A stretch of DNA of 64,000 nt from an uncultured Eggerthellaceae bacterium (GTDB lineage Bacteria > Actinomycetota > Coriobacteriia > Coriobacteriales > Eggerthellaceae): contig CAZYOQ010000003.1 in assembly GCA_964649145.1 (NCBI GenBank), positions 13,492 through 77,491 of the forward strand, written 5' to 3'. The position numbers and the translations under genes are program-made. The notes under the pieces are model-generated. The model ran no database searches, was not told the DNA's origin, and saw only the letters and a list, made by a program, of their open reading frames with translations. Of this stretch, positions 1 through 9,601 are shown piece after piece. Every line of letters begins with the position of its first letter. Position 1 is the stretch's first letter.

Positions 1-1
1 C

Positions 2-30
2 TTGACAGCTCTTTTCACTGAAACTATTAT
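2..30 (+). promoter_or_regulatory. sigma70-like promoter candidate for the ferredoxin pair
   Basis: TTGACA (2-7), a 17-nt spacer, then TATTAT (25-30), about 120 nt upstream of the first CDS. Confidence 0.4.
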
Positions 31-150
31 GACAGCGGGGAAGCCGCCCAAAATATTGAGCGGACATCGTTTGCAAAAGAGCGACGAGCAGGTTGGGGAA
101 CCTGCCGACACTGCTTTGTGTCATAAAAAGCGATGTCTGAGGGGCGGATC

Positions 151-780
151 ATGGAATCCACTGAAAAAAAGCCTGTTATTACACGTCGGAACCTCTGCCT
201 GGGGGTTGGGGGAACCGCTGTTCTGGCTGCTTTGGGCGGCGTCAAGCTAGTTGGAGCTAAAAAGCTTGTTAGACCGCCAGGCGGCCAAGATGAAAATCGC
301 CTTATCTCTGCATGCATTCGTTGCGAGAAGTGTTTTGAGGTGTGCCCTCACGGCATTATCTCGCCAGCACACGTCGAAGATGGTCTCGTGAACATGCGTA
401 CGCCCATCATGAACTTCAATGATGCCTGGTGTGATTGGTGTGCCGCGGACAACGATGGCGTGCCTCTGTGCGTAGAATGCTGCCCCACTGAGGCGCTGGC
501 GCTACCTGAGGGGGCGAATAAGGAAAATACCATTTTGGGTAAGGCTACCATCATCGAGGACTGGTGCCTTGCCTATCGTTTCATGGGATGTCGATTTTGC
601 TTTGATGCGTGCCCTTTCGAGGCCATTGAACTCGACGAGAACAACTTTCCCCATATTATTTCGGAGAAATGTAATGGTTGCGGAGCCTGTGAGAGTGTAT
701 GTGTGTCCCAGCGCGATGCCTCTATCTCGGCTGGCTCTACCAGTCGTGCTGTCATCGTCGTTCCCGATACGCAAGCATAG
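151..780 (+). CDS. Tat-signal 4Fe-4S poly-ferredoxin (NapG-like)
   Basis: The ORF runs 133..780. The ATG at 151 follows a GAGGGG SD. The N-terminus KKPVITRRNLCLGVGGTAVLAALGG is a twin-arginine signal. Four Cys-cluster motifs are present: CIRCEKCFEVCP, CDWC..CVECCP, GCRFCFDACP and CNGCGACESVC. Confidence 0.8.
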   Translation: MESTEKKPVITRRNLCLGVGGTAVLAALGGVKLVGAKKLVRPPGGQDENRLISACIRCEKCFEVCPHGIISPAHVEDGLVNMRTPIMNFNDAWCDWCAADNDGVPLCVECCPTEALALPEGANKENTILGKATIIEDWCLAYRFMGCRFCFDACPFEAIELDENNFPHIISEKCNGCGACESVCVSQRDASISAGSTSRAVIVVPDTQA

Positions 781-789
781 GGGGTAGCT

Positions 790-1812
790 ATGAAGACGAA
801 AGCTCTGAGAATTGCTATTCCGATTGTCGTAGCGGTTGTCATTAGCGTTGGGTTTGTCGTTCACTCGGGTGTAGGCACACTGTCGGCCTTCGGCTGGGAG
901 TCGATATCAGTTCTGTGTCCGTTGGGCGCCCTCGGCACAATGCTTGCTTCGAAGATACTTGTGCCTCGTGCTGTAATCTCGCTCGTAGTGGCCGTTATCG
1001 CCATTGTGATTTTGGGCAGTGCTTTTTGCGCTTGGGTGTGTCCCATACCTGTTGTGTCTAAACTACGCAACTTGTTTCACAAGAAACCGCTAGAGGGCGA
1101 GAAGGGCACAGCAGAAAAAAGTACTTTGACTGAGGCTGCTTCTGAGATCTTGAAACCTCATTCCGAGGATAAGCCTCTTACTGCTGATGAACTTAAGATT
1201 ATTAAAGGTGGTTGCAGCGAGGGAGAGGCATGTGCCTTTTGTGTCGAGAAGCGCGGCAAGATTGATTCGCGCCATGTGATCTTGGGGGGTTCGCTTTTAA
1301 CAGCGGCCATTTTTGGATTCCCAGCGTTTTGTCTCGTATGCCCAATAGGACTAGCGTTTGCAGTTATCTTTTTGATTATACTGCTGTTCTCGGGAGGAGA
1401 CGTTACCTGGTCGGTTGTGCTCGTGCCGGTTCTACTAGTGGTTGAAGTAGTGTTGTTCAAGAAGTGGTGCTCAAAGATCTGCCCACTCTCGGCCTTCATG
1501 AGTCTCATTGGCAAGGCTAATCGAACCTTTCGTCCTACTATCGATGACGGCGCTTGCTTAGAAACGTCAAAGGGCTTACATTGCGGCGTGTGCTCCGAGG
1601 TCTGCGAACAAGGTATCAATCCGCGTCATCCTGAACTTGGCAGTAACTGGAGCGAGTGCACGAAGTGTCGTGCTTGTATAGAGGCCTGTCCGGGAAAGGC
1701 CATTACCATGCCGTTCCTTCCCAAGAAGACCAACAACGTGCAGGCGCCTCCTGTTTTAAGTGATAGCGAAAAGAACGACGAGAATCGTAAGTGCACCGAG
1801 ACAGTATTGTAA
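790..1812 (+). CDS. NapH/MauN-like polytopic membrane 4Fe-4S protein
   Basis: Several TM segments carry CP(L/I)x motifs (LCPLGAL, VCPIP, VCPIGLA, ICPLSA). The C-terminus has ferredoxin motifs CGVCSEVC and CTKCRACIEACP. The gene starts 10 nt after the preceding one. Confidence 0.75.
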   Translation: MKTKALRIAIPIVVAVVISVGFVVHSGVGTLSAFGWESISVLCPLGALGTMLASKILVPRAVISLVVAVIAIVILGSAFCAWVCPIPVVSKLRNLFHKKPLEGEKGTAEKSTLTEAASEILKPHSEDKPLTADELKIIKGGCSEGEACAFCVEKRGKIDSRHVILGGSLLTAAIFGFPAFCLVCPIGLAFAVIFLIILLFSGGDVTWSVVLVPVLLVVEVVLFKKWCSKICPLSAFMSLIGKANRTFRPTIDDGACLETSKGLHCGVCSEVCEQGINPRHPELGSNWSECTKCRACIEACPGKAITMPFLPKKTNNVQAPPVLSDSEKNDENRKCTETVL

Positions 1813-1880
1813 GCCTGAATCTGAAGCTACTTTCGCCTCTTACACTTCAAATTTATGATGCAGGATACATTATCTAAGCT

Positions 1881-3212
1881 TTATTCAATCGTGTGACCGT
1901 AACGTGTGATGTCAATGGGTTTGAAGTGGCTTGCGTCACTACGAATATTTCGCTGTGCTGCGTTGCAAAGCGCCGTAATACGAGGGATGAGTGTGCTTGC
2001 TACCTCGTCGACGCCATCTTGCTGTTGCTGCTCGTTGATAACGTCTTCCAAGTTATCCTTTATCGTTTCGGCTAGTTCTTCGGTTCTATCAAGCAAGGTT
2101 TCAATATCGCAATGGTTAGTCTTGGCGAATTTCTCTAGGGACGATCGCCTCAACCATCCAAGACGATTTTCTCCTCCAATGGCCATGGCAAGCCGATAGG
2201 TTTTTCCGCGTTTTAGATAAGGAGCCGCACTTGCGAGATCATATAGAGGAGCCAAGACAAACTCGCTGTCGCGTAGGTGTAGAAGCGAGTAGTTCTTGGC
2301 ATGGGCATCCGTTGAGGCTGTTAGATAGTTGAATAGTATTGCGTCCACAAAGCGTTTTCGGCTGTTGTCTTGCGCAGACTCAAGAAGAGCCATAATCTCA
2401 AGAGCTGAAGGCCCTCCATCTGCTGCATATTTGCATTCTGCTACCGTGCCTGTAGCTTGGCAGAAATCTTCCTGATGAATACGACTTACCAGCCCTGACT
2501 CGGGGGACGTGAAACGATCGTATCGCTGTACAACAAGGGCGTCCATGTCGGCGAACGACATGAGTTGAGTTGTAGCAGCGGGAAGTCCGCAGCGTTCAGC
2601 CAGATTCATCGTGATGCACTCTATTAAGGCTTGGCGTGGCATCCCCCAAGCTCCTGGCTTGATTATGACATTCGAGGCGCTTTTTCCCGTGCATTCATAC
2701 CAGCGCCCTTCAAATTCTCTGAAGGCGATTTTTGTTTGCATACCGCCCAGCGACCATCGCTCTTCGCTATGCGCCCAAGATCTAGCTCTGTTTTCATTTT
2801 CGGCAGAAATAATATTAATTAGGCGCTCGCCTATAGTCTCAGGACTTATTTGTACATACCCTTCTGTTTGGGTGAGCAATGCGTCTAGGTTGTTGGGTGC
2901 CACTATTTGCACAGCCCCTGGAAGCTCTAGTCCGAAATAAGATAGAAGTGGGAACAGCCCAGTGCTAGTACCCGACTCAATTGCCATTCCCTGGCGCACT
3001 TGCGAATTGTCTGGTAGGAGGTTATCGAACCAGGCGTGCACTTCTCTGCCTGAATATTCCTGAGTTGAGAAGGGGAGTATAAGGGAAAGGTCTGGGCCAA
3101 CGTAAGAGGGGTCGTATGCAAATGAAAGGGCACCTTCAGGAGAAATACGAAGCTCTCCAGCGTGTGTTCCGGCAATGAAAACCTCTAGATGGCAATGGCG
3201 GCTACGAATCAT
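1881..3212 (-). CDS. hipA: HipA-family Ser/Thr kinase toxin (type II TA)
   Basis: 443 aa. It has a HipA N-terminal coupling region, WSLGGMQTKIAF, IIKPG and the catalytic-loop-like TDAHAKNYSLL. Its start overlaps the stop of the upstream HTH gene (ATGA). Confidence 0.88.
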   Translation of the reverse strand: MIRSRHCHLEVFIAGTHAGELRISPEGALSFAYDPSYVGPDLSLILPFSTQEYSGREVHAWFDNLLPDNSQVRQGMAIESGTSTGLFPLLSYFGLELPGAVQIVAPNNLDALLTQTEGYVQISPETIGERLINIISAENENRARSWAHSEERWSLGGMQTKIAFREFEGRWYECTGKSASNVIIKPGAWGMPRQALIECITMNLAERCGLPAATTQLMSFADMDALVVQRYDRFTSPESGLVSRIHQEDFCQATGTVAECKYAADGGPSALEIMALLESAQDNSRKRFVDAILFNYLTASTDAHAKNYSLLHLRDSEFVLAPLYDLASAAPYLKRGKTYRLAMAIGGENRLGWLRRSSLEKFAKTNHCDIETLLDRTEELAETIKDNLEDVINEQQQQDGVDEVASTLIPRITALCNAAQRNIRSDASHFKPIDITRYGHTIE

Positions 3213-3487
3213 CGGGCGCTCCCATACAGGGAGTCAAGATAGGCATCCATATCGAAGTCGTTTAGGCTAGCTCGAGGCGGCACGCCTCGATTAAGAGAGA
3301 GATCCCAATTCGCGGCGTTAAGCACTCTTTGGATTGTGTTCAGAGAAACACTGCCAGCACCCCCGGCCTCTATACGTGCGATGGTAGGGCGGCTTACCTC
3401 GGCTTCCTTGGCAAGTTGCGCTTGAGTGAGTCCCCGTTCCATGCGACCCATCCGAACGCGTTCTGCTATGTCTTCTGCATATATCAT
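3209..3487 (-). CDS. hipB: XRE-family HTH antitoxin (HipB-like)
   Basis: 92 aa with the HTH LTQAQLAKEAEVSRPTIARIE. It overlaps hipA by 4 nt. Confidence 0.8.
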   Translation of the reverse strand: MIYAEDIAERVRMGRMERGLTQAQLAKEAEVSRPTIARIEAGGAGSVSLNTIQRVLNAANWDLSLNRGVPPRASLNDFDMDAYLDSLYGSAR

Positions 3488-3500
3488 ATATACAATAATA

Positions 3501-3514
3501 TATCAAATTTGATA
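3501..3514. promoter_or_regulatory. candidate HipB operator palindrome
   Basis: Perfect 14-bp palindrome TATCAAATTTGATA, 14 nt upstream of the hipB ATG in an AT-rich promoter region. No SD precedes hipB, so the transcript may be leaderless or have a short leader. Confidence 0.4.
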
Positions 3515-3674
3515 CTTATACATGAGGGTTATTCCGATACTAGCTAAACTAGAAAAAACGGTGCCATGTATATTGATGGGACTCATTTCCAATGGTGGTG
3601 GCCGATTCAATTTTGCGCACAAATAAAAGACGATTATATTGGCAATAATTGAAAAACGTTTATAGGAGGCAAGT

Positions 3675-4178
3675 ATGTCAGATCCAATTTTTTCGCGTAC
3701 TAGCATTCGTAAATTTACAGATGAGCCAATTTCCGATGAGCAGATTGAGCAATTGATGAAGGCGGGAATGGCTGCCCCTTCTGCGGGAAATCAGCAGCCA
3801 TGGGAATTCTTCTTGACGCGTGACGCAGATGTCAAGCAGCGCCTTTCTGAATGCAGCCCATATGCAAAACCTGCAGCCAATGCAGATGTGGCTTTGGTTG
3901 TGTGCCAGCGTAGCGGCGATTTGCGTTTTGCCGAATGTGCGACTCAAGATATGAGTGCATGTGTGGAAAACATCCTTCTTGAGGCAGACGCCCTAGGTTT
4001 GGGCGCTGTATGGCTTGGTATCTACCCTGTGTCTGAAAGAATGGAAGCGGTTGCCAATCTTATCGAATGCGGCAGCAATTTGACGCCATTTGCGCTTGTG
4101 GCAATTGGGCATCCAGCGGAAAGCTTTGAGCCGCGTAGCGCCAATAGATTTGACATGTCTCGCGTCCACTGGATCTAA
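3675..4178 (+). CDS. nitroreductase family protein
   Basis: 167 aa with RTSIRKF and APSAGNQQPW motifs. A TAGGAGG SD lies upstream. Confidence 0.85.
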   Translation: MSDPIFSRTSIRKFTDEPISDEQIEQLMKAGMAAPSAGNQQPWEFFLTRDADVKQRLSECSPYAKPAANADVALVVCQRSGDLRFAECATQDMSACVENILLEADALGLGAVWLGIYPVSERMEAVANLIECGSNLTPFALVAIGHPAESFEPRSANRFDMSRVHWI

Positions 4179-4285
4179 ACGCAGCCATCAATCTCTGCCT
4201 GAATACTTTCTTTGATTGCCTTAAGCCTCACTTTAGCGAGGCGTGATAAAAACACACTGTAAGTTTATATCGAGCAAGGAGAAAT

Positions 4286-6250
4286 ATGAGGAAAGCAGGA
4301 TTAGCGGCAGGTGTTCTTGCCTTTAGCTTGATGGTATTCGGTCTTGTGGGATGCAACTCTTCACAAGAGACCATAGTTGGCAAAGTGACTGCAGTAGATG
4401 GAACAAACATCACTTTAGCCTTAGGCGAATTTGAGGAAAACGATCAGGGCGACTTTGGCGGTCGCGGGGGCGACTCAGAATCTGAGCCGCCAGCTATGCC
4501 AGAAGGCGATGCAAACTCATCAGATGCGTCCAGCTCTGATGCTTCTGATGGGGATGCTAAAGGTGGTACCCCACCAGAAAAGCCTGAAGGCGACAATAGT
4601 GATAATAACAACGCTGATGGTGGCAAGGGCAGCTCTGACAATGCCGACAGCAGCTCAGACAGTAGTAGCTCAGACAGCGACTCTGATAGCAGCGCCGCCA
4701 ACAGCAACAACTCTGACAGCGCCGACGGCAACGCTCAAGGTGGCACCCCGCCCGAAAAGCCTGAAGGCGAAGATTCCAACAGCTCTGATGGCGAATCTTC
4801 TGAAAACGGCCAAGGAGGCCCTGGCAATGGTGAAGCTCCGTCTGATATGAAAGGCGGCATGCGCGGCGGTAACTTCACTGAAAATGGCGAGACCGTAAGT
4901 ATCGATGTTAGCAGCGCGACTTTCACCAACGACAACTCTGACATACAAGTTGGCGATATATTGACCATCACGCTTGCTAGCGAAGGCAAGGCAGAAACCG
5001 TGACAATCGAAAATGTGCGAGGTGCAATGGGTGGTTCCGGCAATTCTGGAGAGGTTAATCAGGGCTCTGCTGCGAACACGATAGATTCCGATGGCGAATA
5101 TTCCGATGAAACCTACACTTCAACAGGCGACGACGAGAACGCACTTCGTCTGACCAATGGTGCTACCGTTTCGCTTAGTGGTGTCAGTGTAGATAAGAGT
5201 GCAGGCTCAAGCTCTAACGTGGAAGATGGCGATTTTTACGGAATGAACGCGGCGTTGCTCGCAACCGATGGTGCACAAGTTACAATCACTGGCGCAAATG
5301 TCAAATCGAACGCTCAAAATGGAAATGGTGTCTTTAGCTATGGCGAGGGCACGGTCGTAAATATATCCGACTCTACGATCGACACTTCCGCCGACAACTC
5401 TGGTGGTATTCAAACCACAGGTGGCGCGACCATGAACGCGAGCAACTTAACCGTGAATACATCTGGAAATTCCGCTGCGGCAATTCGCTCTGATCGTGGA
5501 GGTGGAAGTGTAAATGTTGAAGGCGGAACCTATACCTCAAATGGTACCAATTCGCCAGCAGTTTATTCCACGGCAAACATTTCTGTATCTAATGCAACAC
5601 TTTCTGCATCTTCCTCTGAGGCGCTTGTAATCGAAGGCCAAAACTCCATTGCTCTTTCAAATTGCGATGTTACAGGCAATATGAGCGATACAGAAGGTTC
5701 AAGCTCTAATATAAACGTGCATAACGTCATGATTTATCAATCGATGTCGGGAGATGCTGAACAGGGAACCTCTACTTTTTCCATGGAAGGCGGAACGCTT
5801 ACCTCTAACAATGGCGACATGTTTTACGTGACGAACACCCATAGTGTGATGACGCTAAAGGGCGCGAATCTAATTAATAAAGATGACGAAGGCCGCCTAC
5901 TTCTTGTTTCTGGAAACGATGCTTCTAACGGGTGGGGCACGGCAGGCAAAAATGGAGGTCAGCTTGAGCTTACAGCCGACAGCCAAACACTGGAAGGCGC
6001 AATCGAGGTTGATAGCATTTCAACTTTGCAGCTTGACCTTAGCAATGGCTCGACTTTGACAGGAACCATAAACATCATTGACAATGAACAAGGCGGAGAC
6101 GCGGTAGACAACAACGCTGTTGTGACTATAGATGAAGGTAGCACTTGGAATCTGACGGGCGATTGTAAGATTACCAGCATCGACAACAAGGGGACTATCA
6201 ACTTCAACGGTCATTCGATTACGCTGTCCGATGGAACCGTCCTTAGCTAA
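4286..6250 (+). CDS. secreted lipoprotein of unknown function: acidic low-complexity N-terminal half and a Gly/Asn/Thr/Ser-rich repeat (beta-helix-like) C-terminal half
   Basis: Signal peptide with lipobox LVGC. The segment GGTPPEKPEG is duplicated. The second half has repeated G-x-N/T-x-S/T strands. An AAGGAG SD lies upstream. Confidence 0.6.
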   Translation: MRKAGLAAGVLAFSLMVFGLVGCNSSQETIVGKVTAVDGTNITLALGEFEENDQGDFGGRGGDSESEPPAMPEGDANSSDASSSDASDGDAKGGTPPEKPEGDNSDNNNADGGKGSSDNADSSSDSSSSDSDSDSSAANSNNSDSADGNAQGGTPPEKPEGEDSNSSDGESSENGQGGPGNGEAPSDMKGGMRGGNFTENGETVSIDVSSATFTNDNSDIQVGDILTITLASEGKAETVTIENVRGAMGGSGNSGEVNQGSAANTIDSDGEYSDETYTSTGDDENALRLTNGATVSLSGVSVDKSAGSSSNVEDGDFYGMNAALLATDGAQVTITGANVKSNAQNGNGVFSYGEGTVVNISDSTIDTSADNSGGIQTTGGATMNASNLTVNTSGNSAAAIRSDRGGGSVNVEGGTYTSNGTNSPAVYSTANISVSNATLSASSSEALVIEGQNSIALSNCDVTGNMSDTEGSSSNINVHNVMIYQSMSGDAEQGTSTFSMEGGTLTSNNGDMFYVTNTHSVMTLKGANLINKDDEGRLLLVSGNDASNGWGTAGKNGGQLELTADSQTLEGAIEVDSISTLQLDLSNGSTLTGTINIIDNEQGGDAVDNNAVVTIDEGSTWNLTGDCKITSIDNKGTINFNGHSITLSDGTVLS

Positions 6251-6341
6251 GTTTGTATTCGATAATAAGCTGCAATTCACGCAACCTTGTGTTTGTTGTA
6301 AAGGGAGGTGGGTTGCAGCATCAGTTTCAGGAAAGTGAAAA

Positions 6342-7019
6342 ATGCGTTTGTTGGTTGCTGAAGATGACCCGCGCTTGTTAAAGTCGCTCGTGCACATCTT
6401 CAAGACGAACAATTATTCTGTCGACGGCGTCTCAAATGGAGACGATGCCTTGACGTATGCGTCATCTGGCGATTACGACGGCCTTGTTCTGGATATTATG
6501 ATGCCCGGGCGTGACGGTATAGAACTTCTTCGCGAACTTAGGGAAAAGGGAGACAAAACCCCGGCACTATTTCTTACAGCTCGAAGTGAGGTTTCCCAAC
6601 GCGTTGAAGGCCTTGATGCTGGTGCCGATGACTATCTTCCCAAACCTTTCTCTACCCCTGAACTTTTGGCTCGTGTTCGAGCCATGCTTAGGCGAAAAGA
6701 AAACTACACCCCCGATACGTTGAAGTTCAACGGTGTGGAGTTGGATGTTTCTACATACGAGCTTATTTACGAGGGGAAAAAGCAAGCACTTGGTAGCAGG
6801 GAATTCCAGATCATGGAGATGCTTATGCAGCATCCTGGCAACATTATTTCTTCTGACCGCTTTATGGAACAAATCTGGGGATGGGATAGTGATGTCAACG
6901 TTAGCGTTATTTGGGTTCACGTATCAAACCTTCGAAAAAAGATAGATGCAATCGGAGCTGCGATTAACATCAAGTTCGTTCGTGGCGTGGGATACGCCCT
7001 AGAGGAAAGAAGTGATTAA
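6342..7019 (+). CDS. OmpR/PhoB-type response regulator
   Basis: Receiver domain (LLVAEDD, VLDIMMPGRDG, LTAR) plus a winged-helix C-terminus (IKFVRGVGY). Confidence 0.9.
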   Translation: MRLLVAEDDPRLLKSLVHIFKTNNYSVDGVSNGDDALTYASSGDYDGLVLDIMMPGRDGIELLRELREKGDKTPALFLTARSEVSQRVEGLDAGADDYLPKPFSTPELLARVRAMLRRKENYTPDTLKFNGVELDVSTYELIYEGKKQALGSREFQIMEMLMQHPGNIISSDRFMEQIWGWDSDVNVSVIWVHVSNLRKKIDAIGAAINIKFVRGVGYALEERSD

Positions 7020-8355
7020 GGAACTTCGAAAGAGATTCGTTCTTGTAACGTCTATCACGGTTGCCGCAGTGTTTGGCATCGTGTTTGCGTGCGTGGCTCT
7101 TATGAGTATCTCTCAGATGGATGGGTCTTTGGATAGCATCACTTCTGTTATCGCAGAAAACGGTGGCGAGTTCGGCGATCCAGTCGATGAGCTGGACAAT
7201 TCAGGTGATGAGCTCGGCGACTTGGGCAACTTAGGCGATCTAGGTGAGGCTAGCGATTCAAGTAATGGCGACACAGGCGACACTGGCAGCAATTTGCGCG
7301 AGCCTTTTCGTCAAGAAGGGCCGCGTGATAGAGGTTTTAGTCGAGACACTCAGCTTTCAACGCGCTATTTTGTAGTCTGGATGGGTTGGGATGGCGAGTT
7401 TTCCAACCAAGACACTAAGCATGTGTCCTCTGTTACTGAAAGCCAGGCGCTTGAATATGCCAGGGAGGCGTTTGTATCCAAATATGATACCGGCTGGATC
7501 GGCGACTTTCGGTATCGTGTGGCTTCTGATGAAAACGGCAAGATTGCGGTATTTGTAAGTGGAGAACGCGAAAAATCCTCTACATTCAGTCAGCTAAACC
7601 TAATACTTATTCTTTTTATAATCAGCTTCCTTGTGATTTTTGTTTTGATTTTCATCGTGTCGAAGCGGGTGGTGAAGCCTATAGCAGACAGCTACGACCG
7701 TCAAAAGCAATTCGTAACAAATGCTAGCCATGAGCTTAAAACGCCTCTCACTATCATGATGTCTGATTTGGATATTGTTGAATCGGAGGTTGGAAAAAGC
7801 GAGTGGATTGACGACATTCGCGCAGAGGGATCGCGTATGGGTTCTTTGATAAACCAACTGGTTTCACTTGCGAGAATGGATGAGCAAAATACCTCATTAG
7901 ACGTCACTGAATTCAGCTTGTCGGACTTGATCCTAGACAGTGTTTCGGAATTCGAGAGTTCGGCATCCAAGAAAAGCCAAACTTTAAAGACCAAGGTATG
8001 CGCAGACGCGAAGTTTTTGGGCGACGAGCGCCTTATTCATAACCTCATGGGCATACTGATGGATAATGCCGTCAAGTATTGTGATGAAGGCGGTCTTATA
8101 AAGGTATCGCTAACAACTCACGGAAAAAATCATACTATATCTGTTGAAAACACATATGAAGGTGCGAGCAACGTCGACTTAGATCGCATATTCGAAAGAT
8201 TCTATCGTGAAGACAAGGCGCGTACCTCAAACGGGAGTTTTGGTGTGGGGCTTTCTATTGCCCAAGCCTTGGCTAAGGCACATCATGGCGATATTTCTGC
8301 CTACGTGTCTGGCTCTTCTGTAATTGGATTTAAGGTCAATTTGCGTTCTTTATGA
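7012..8355 (+). CDS. sensor histidine kinase
   Basis: GTG start overlaps the response regulator stop by 8 nt. Two TM segments flank an Asp/Gly-rich extracytoplasmic loop. H-box SHELKTPLT and an HATPase_c region (DNAVKY, GVGLSIA) are present. Confidence 0.9.
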   Translation: MIKELRKRFVLVTSITVAAVFGIVFACVALMSISQMDGSLDSITSVIAENGGEFGDPVDELDNSGDELGDLGNLGDLGEASDSSNGDTGDTGSNLREPFRQEGPRDRGFSRDTQLSTRYFVVWMGWDGEFSNQDTKHVSSVTESQALEYAREAFVSKYDTGWIGDFRYRVASDENGKIAVFVSGEREKSSTFSQLNLILILFIISFLVIFVLIFIVSKRVVKPIADSYDRQKQFVTNASHELKTPLTIMMSDLDIVESEVGKSEWIDDIRAEGSRMGSLINQLVSLARMDEQNTSLDVTEFSLSDLILDSVSEFESSASKKSQTLKTKVCADAKFLGDERLIHNLMGILMDNAVKYCDEGGLIKVSLTTHGKNHTISVENTYEGASNVDLDRIFERFYREDKARTSNGSFGVGLSIAQALAKAHHGDISAYVSGSSVIGFKVNLRSL

Positions 8356-8467
8356 AATAAATGTATCTACGAAGTTTCCTTTAGTTCCGCTTAAGGCAGT
8401 TTGCCTATAGTCTCTGCTTGCAGGCAAAATCTATTCTTATACAGGCTTAGAAAGGCTCGGTTCCACA

Positions 8468-9601
8468 ATGAGTGAAACTGAAATATCGAAAGACTTGCGC
8501 AAGAATCGCAGTTTCGTCGCCAGACATAAAGTCGGTCTGATACTTGGCATAGTACTTGTTATTTTGATAGTGCTGGTAGTTGCGCATCTAGTGGCAAACT
8601 CGCCCGTGCGTCAGAACGATGAAGCGCAGGCTTCATATAGCGTCGAAGAGGTTAGTTCGGGCACGATCTCGAAAACGGTTTCTGGAAGTGGGACTTTAGA
8701 AGCAATCACTCAGGAGACCTTCACGGCATCAAGCGACGGCGAGGTTAAGAAAGTCAAGTTCTCTGCAGGAGATACCGTTGAAGAAGACGATGTTATTGCC
8801 GTCATAACCGACGATGATGGTGACAAAGAAACGATTCAAGCCTCCTTCGATGGTGTGATCACTGAACTATCCATCAGCAAAGGAGATACCGTAACCAAAG
8901 GTGCGCAAATCGCACAAGTCATGGGCACGGATGGCTTCACCATGGATATTTCTGTTGACGAGTCGGATATTGATCTTGTGGAAAAAGACCAGGACGTCGA
9001 CTTCAGCATAGAAGCATCTTCTGAAAGCTATACAGGAAAAGTTGCCTCGATATCGTATAACGGCACTGCAAGCAACGGTACTACCACCTTCCCGGTCAGC
9101 GCGACCATCGATTACGAAGAAGGCCTGTATCCGGGAATGACTGCAACGGCTCAAATCGTAATAGAGGAAAGCGAGGAAGGCCTTATAGTTCCGGTTGCGG
9201 CCGTAAAAACCTCAGGTGACGAGAAATATGTATACCTAGCACCAGATGGGTCAAGTGCCGGTGAATCGCTTGAAAGTGATGCGGTTGACCTATCGTCTTT
9301 AGAGAAGGTCTATGTAGATACCGACATGTCTGACGACTCGTATATATCGGTCACCGGTGAAGGGCTTGTCGCGGGTGCTTTGATTATCGTGGCCACAGAA
9401 AACACAGAAGAGGAATCCGATTCAAAAGGCGGCTTTGATGGCGAAGACGGGATGGGCTTCGATAAATCTGCTCGCGGAGACATGATGGACGGCGAAATGC
9501 CCAGCGGTGGCGCAATGGGTGCAGGGGGGTCTTCGGATGGCGGCACACCTCCTCAGGGAAGCGGAAACTCGGGAGATACCGCGAGAGGTGCGTCGCAATG
9601 A
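8468..9601 (+). CDS. HlyD/MacA-type membrane-fusion (adaptor) protein 1
   Basis: N-terminal TM segment, lipoyl-like and beta-barrel segments (ASFDGVITELSISKGDTV, YPGMTATAQIV). It has no long coiled-coil hairpin and ends in a Gly/Ser/Asp-rich tail. Confidence 0.8.
   Translation: MSETEISKDLRKNRSFVARHKVGLILGIVLVILIVLVVAHLVANSPVRQNDEAQASYSVEEVSSGTISKTVSGSGTLEAITQETFTASSDGEVKKVKFSAGDTVEEDDVIAVITDDDGDKETIQASFDGVITELSISKGDTVTKGAQIAQVMGTDGFTMDISVDESDIDLVEKDQDVDFSIEASSESYTGKVASISYNGTASNGTTTFPVSATIDYEEGLYPGMTATAQIVIEESEEGLIVPVAAVKTSGDEKYVYLAPDGSSAGESLESDAVDLSSLEKVYVDTDMSDDSYISVTGEGLVAGALIIVATENTEEESDSKGGFDGEDGMGFDKSARGDMMDGEMPSGGAMGAGGSSDGGTPPQGSGNSGDTARGASQ

Noticed and set aside
2-317. 82-aa (+) and 96-aa (-) ORFs at the window start.
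   Set aside because: They overlap the promoter and 5' UTR and the well-supported ferredoxin CDS. They are probably non-coding.
4431-5043. Several 90-140-aa ORFs on both strands (4431..4850 +, 4444..4731 -, 4670..4948 -, 4735..5043 -).
   Set aside because: They lie inside the Asp/Ser/Gly/Asn low-complexity part of the lipoprotein gene. Biased, repetitive codons keep alternative frames open. None has an SD or recognisable motifs.
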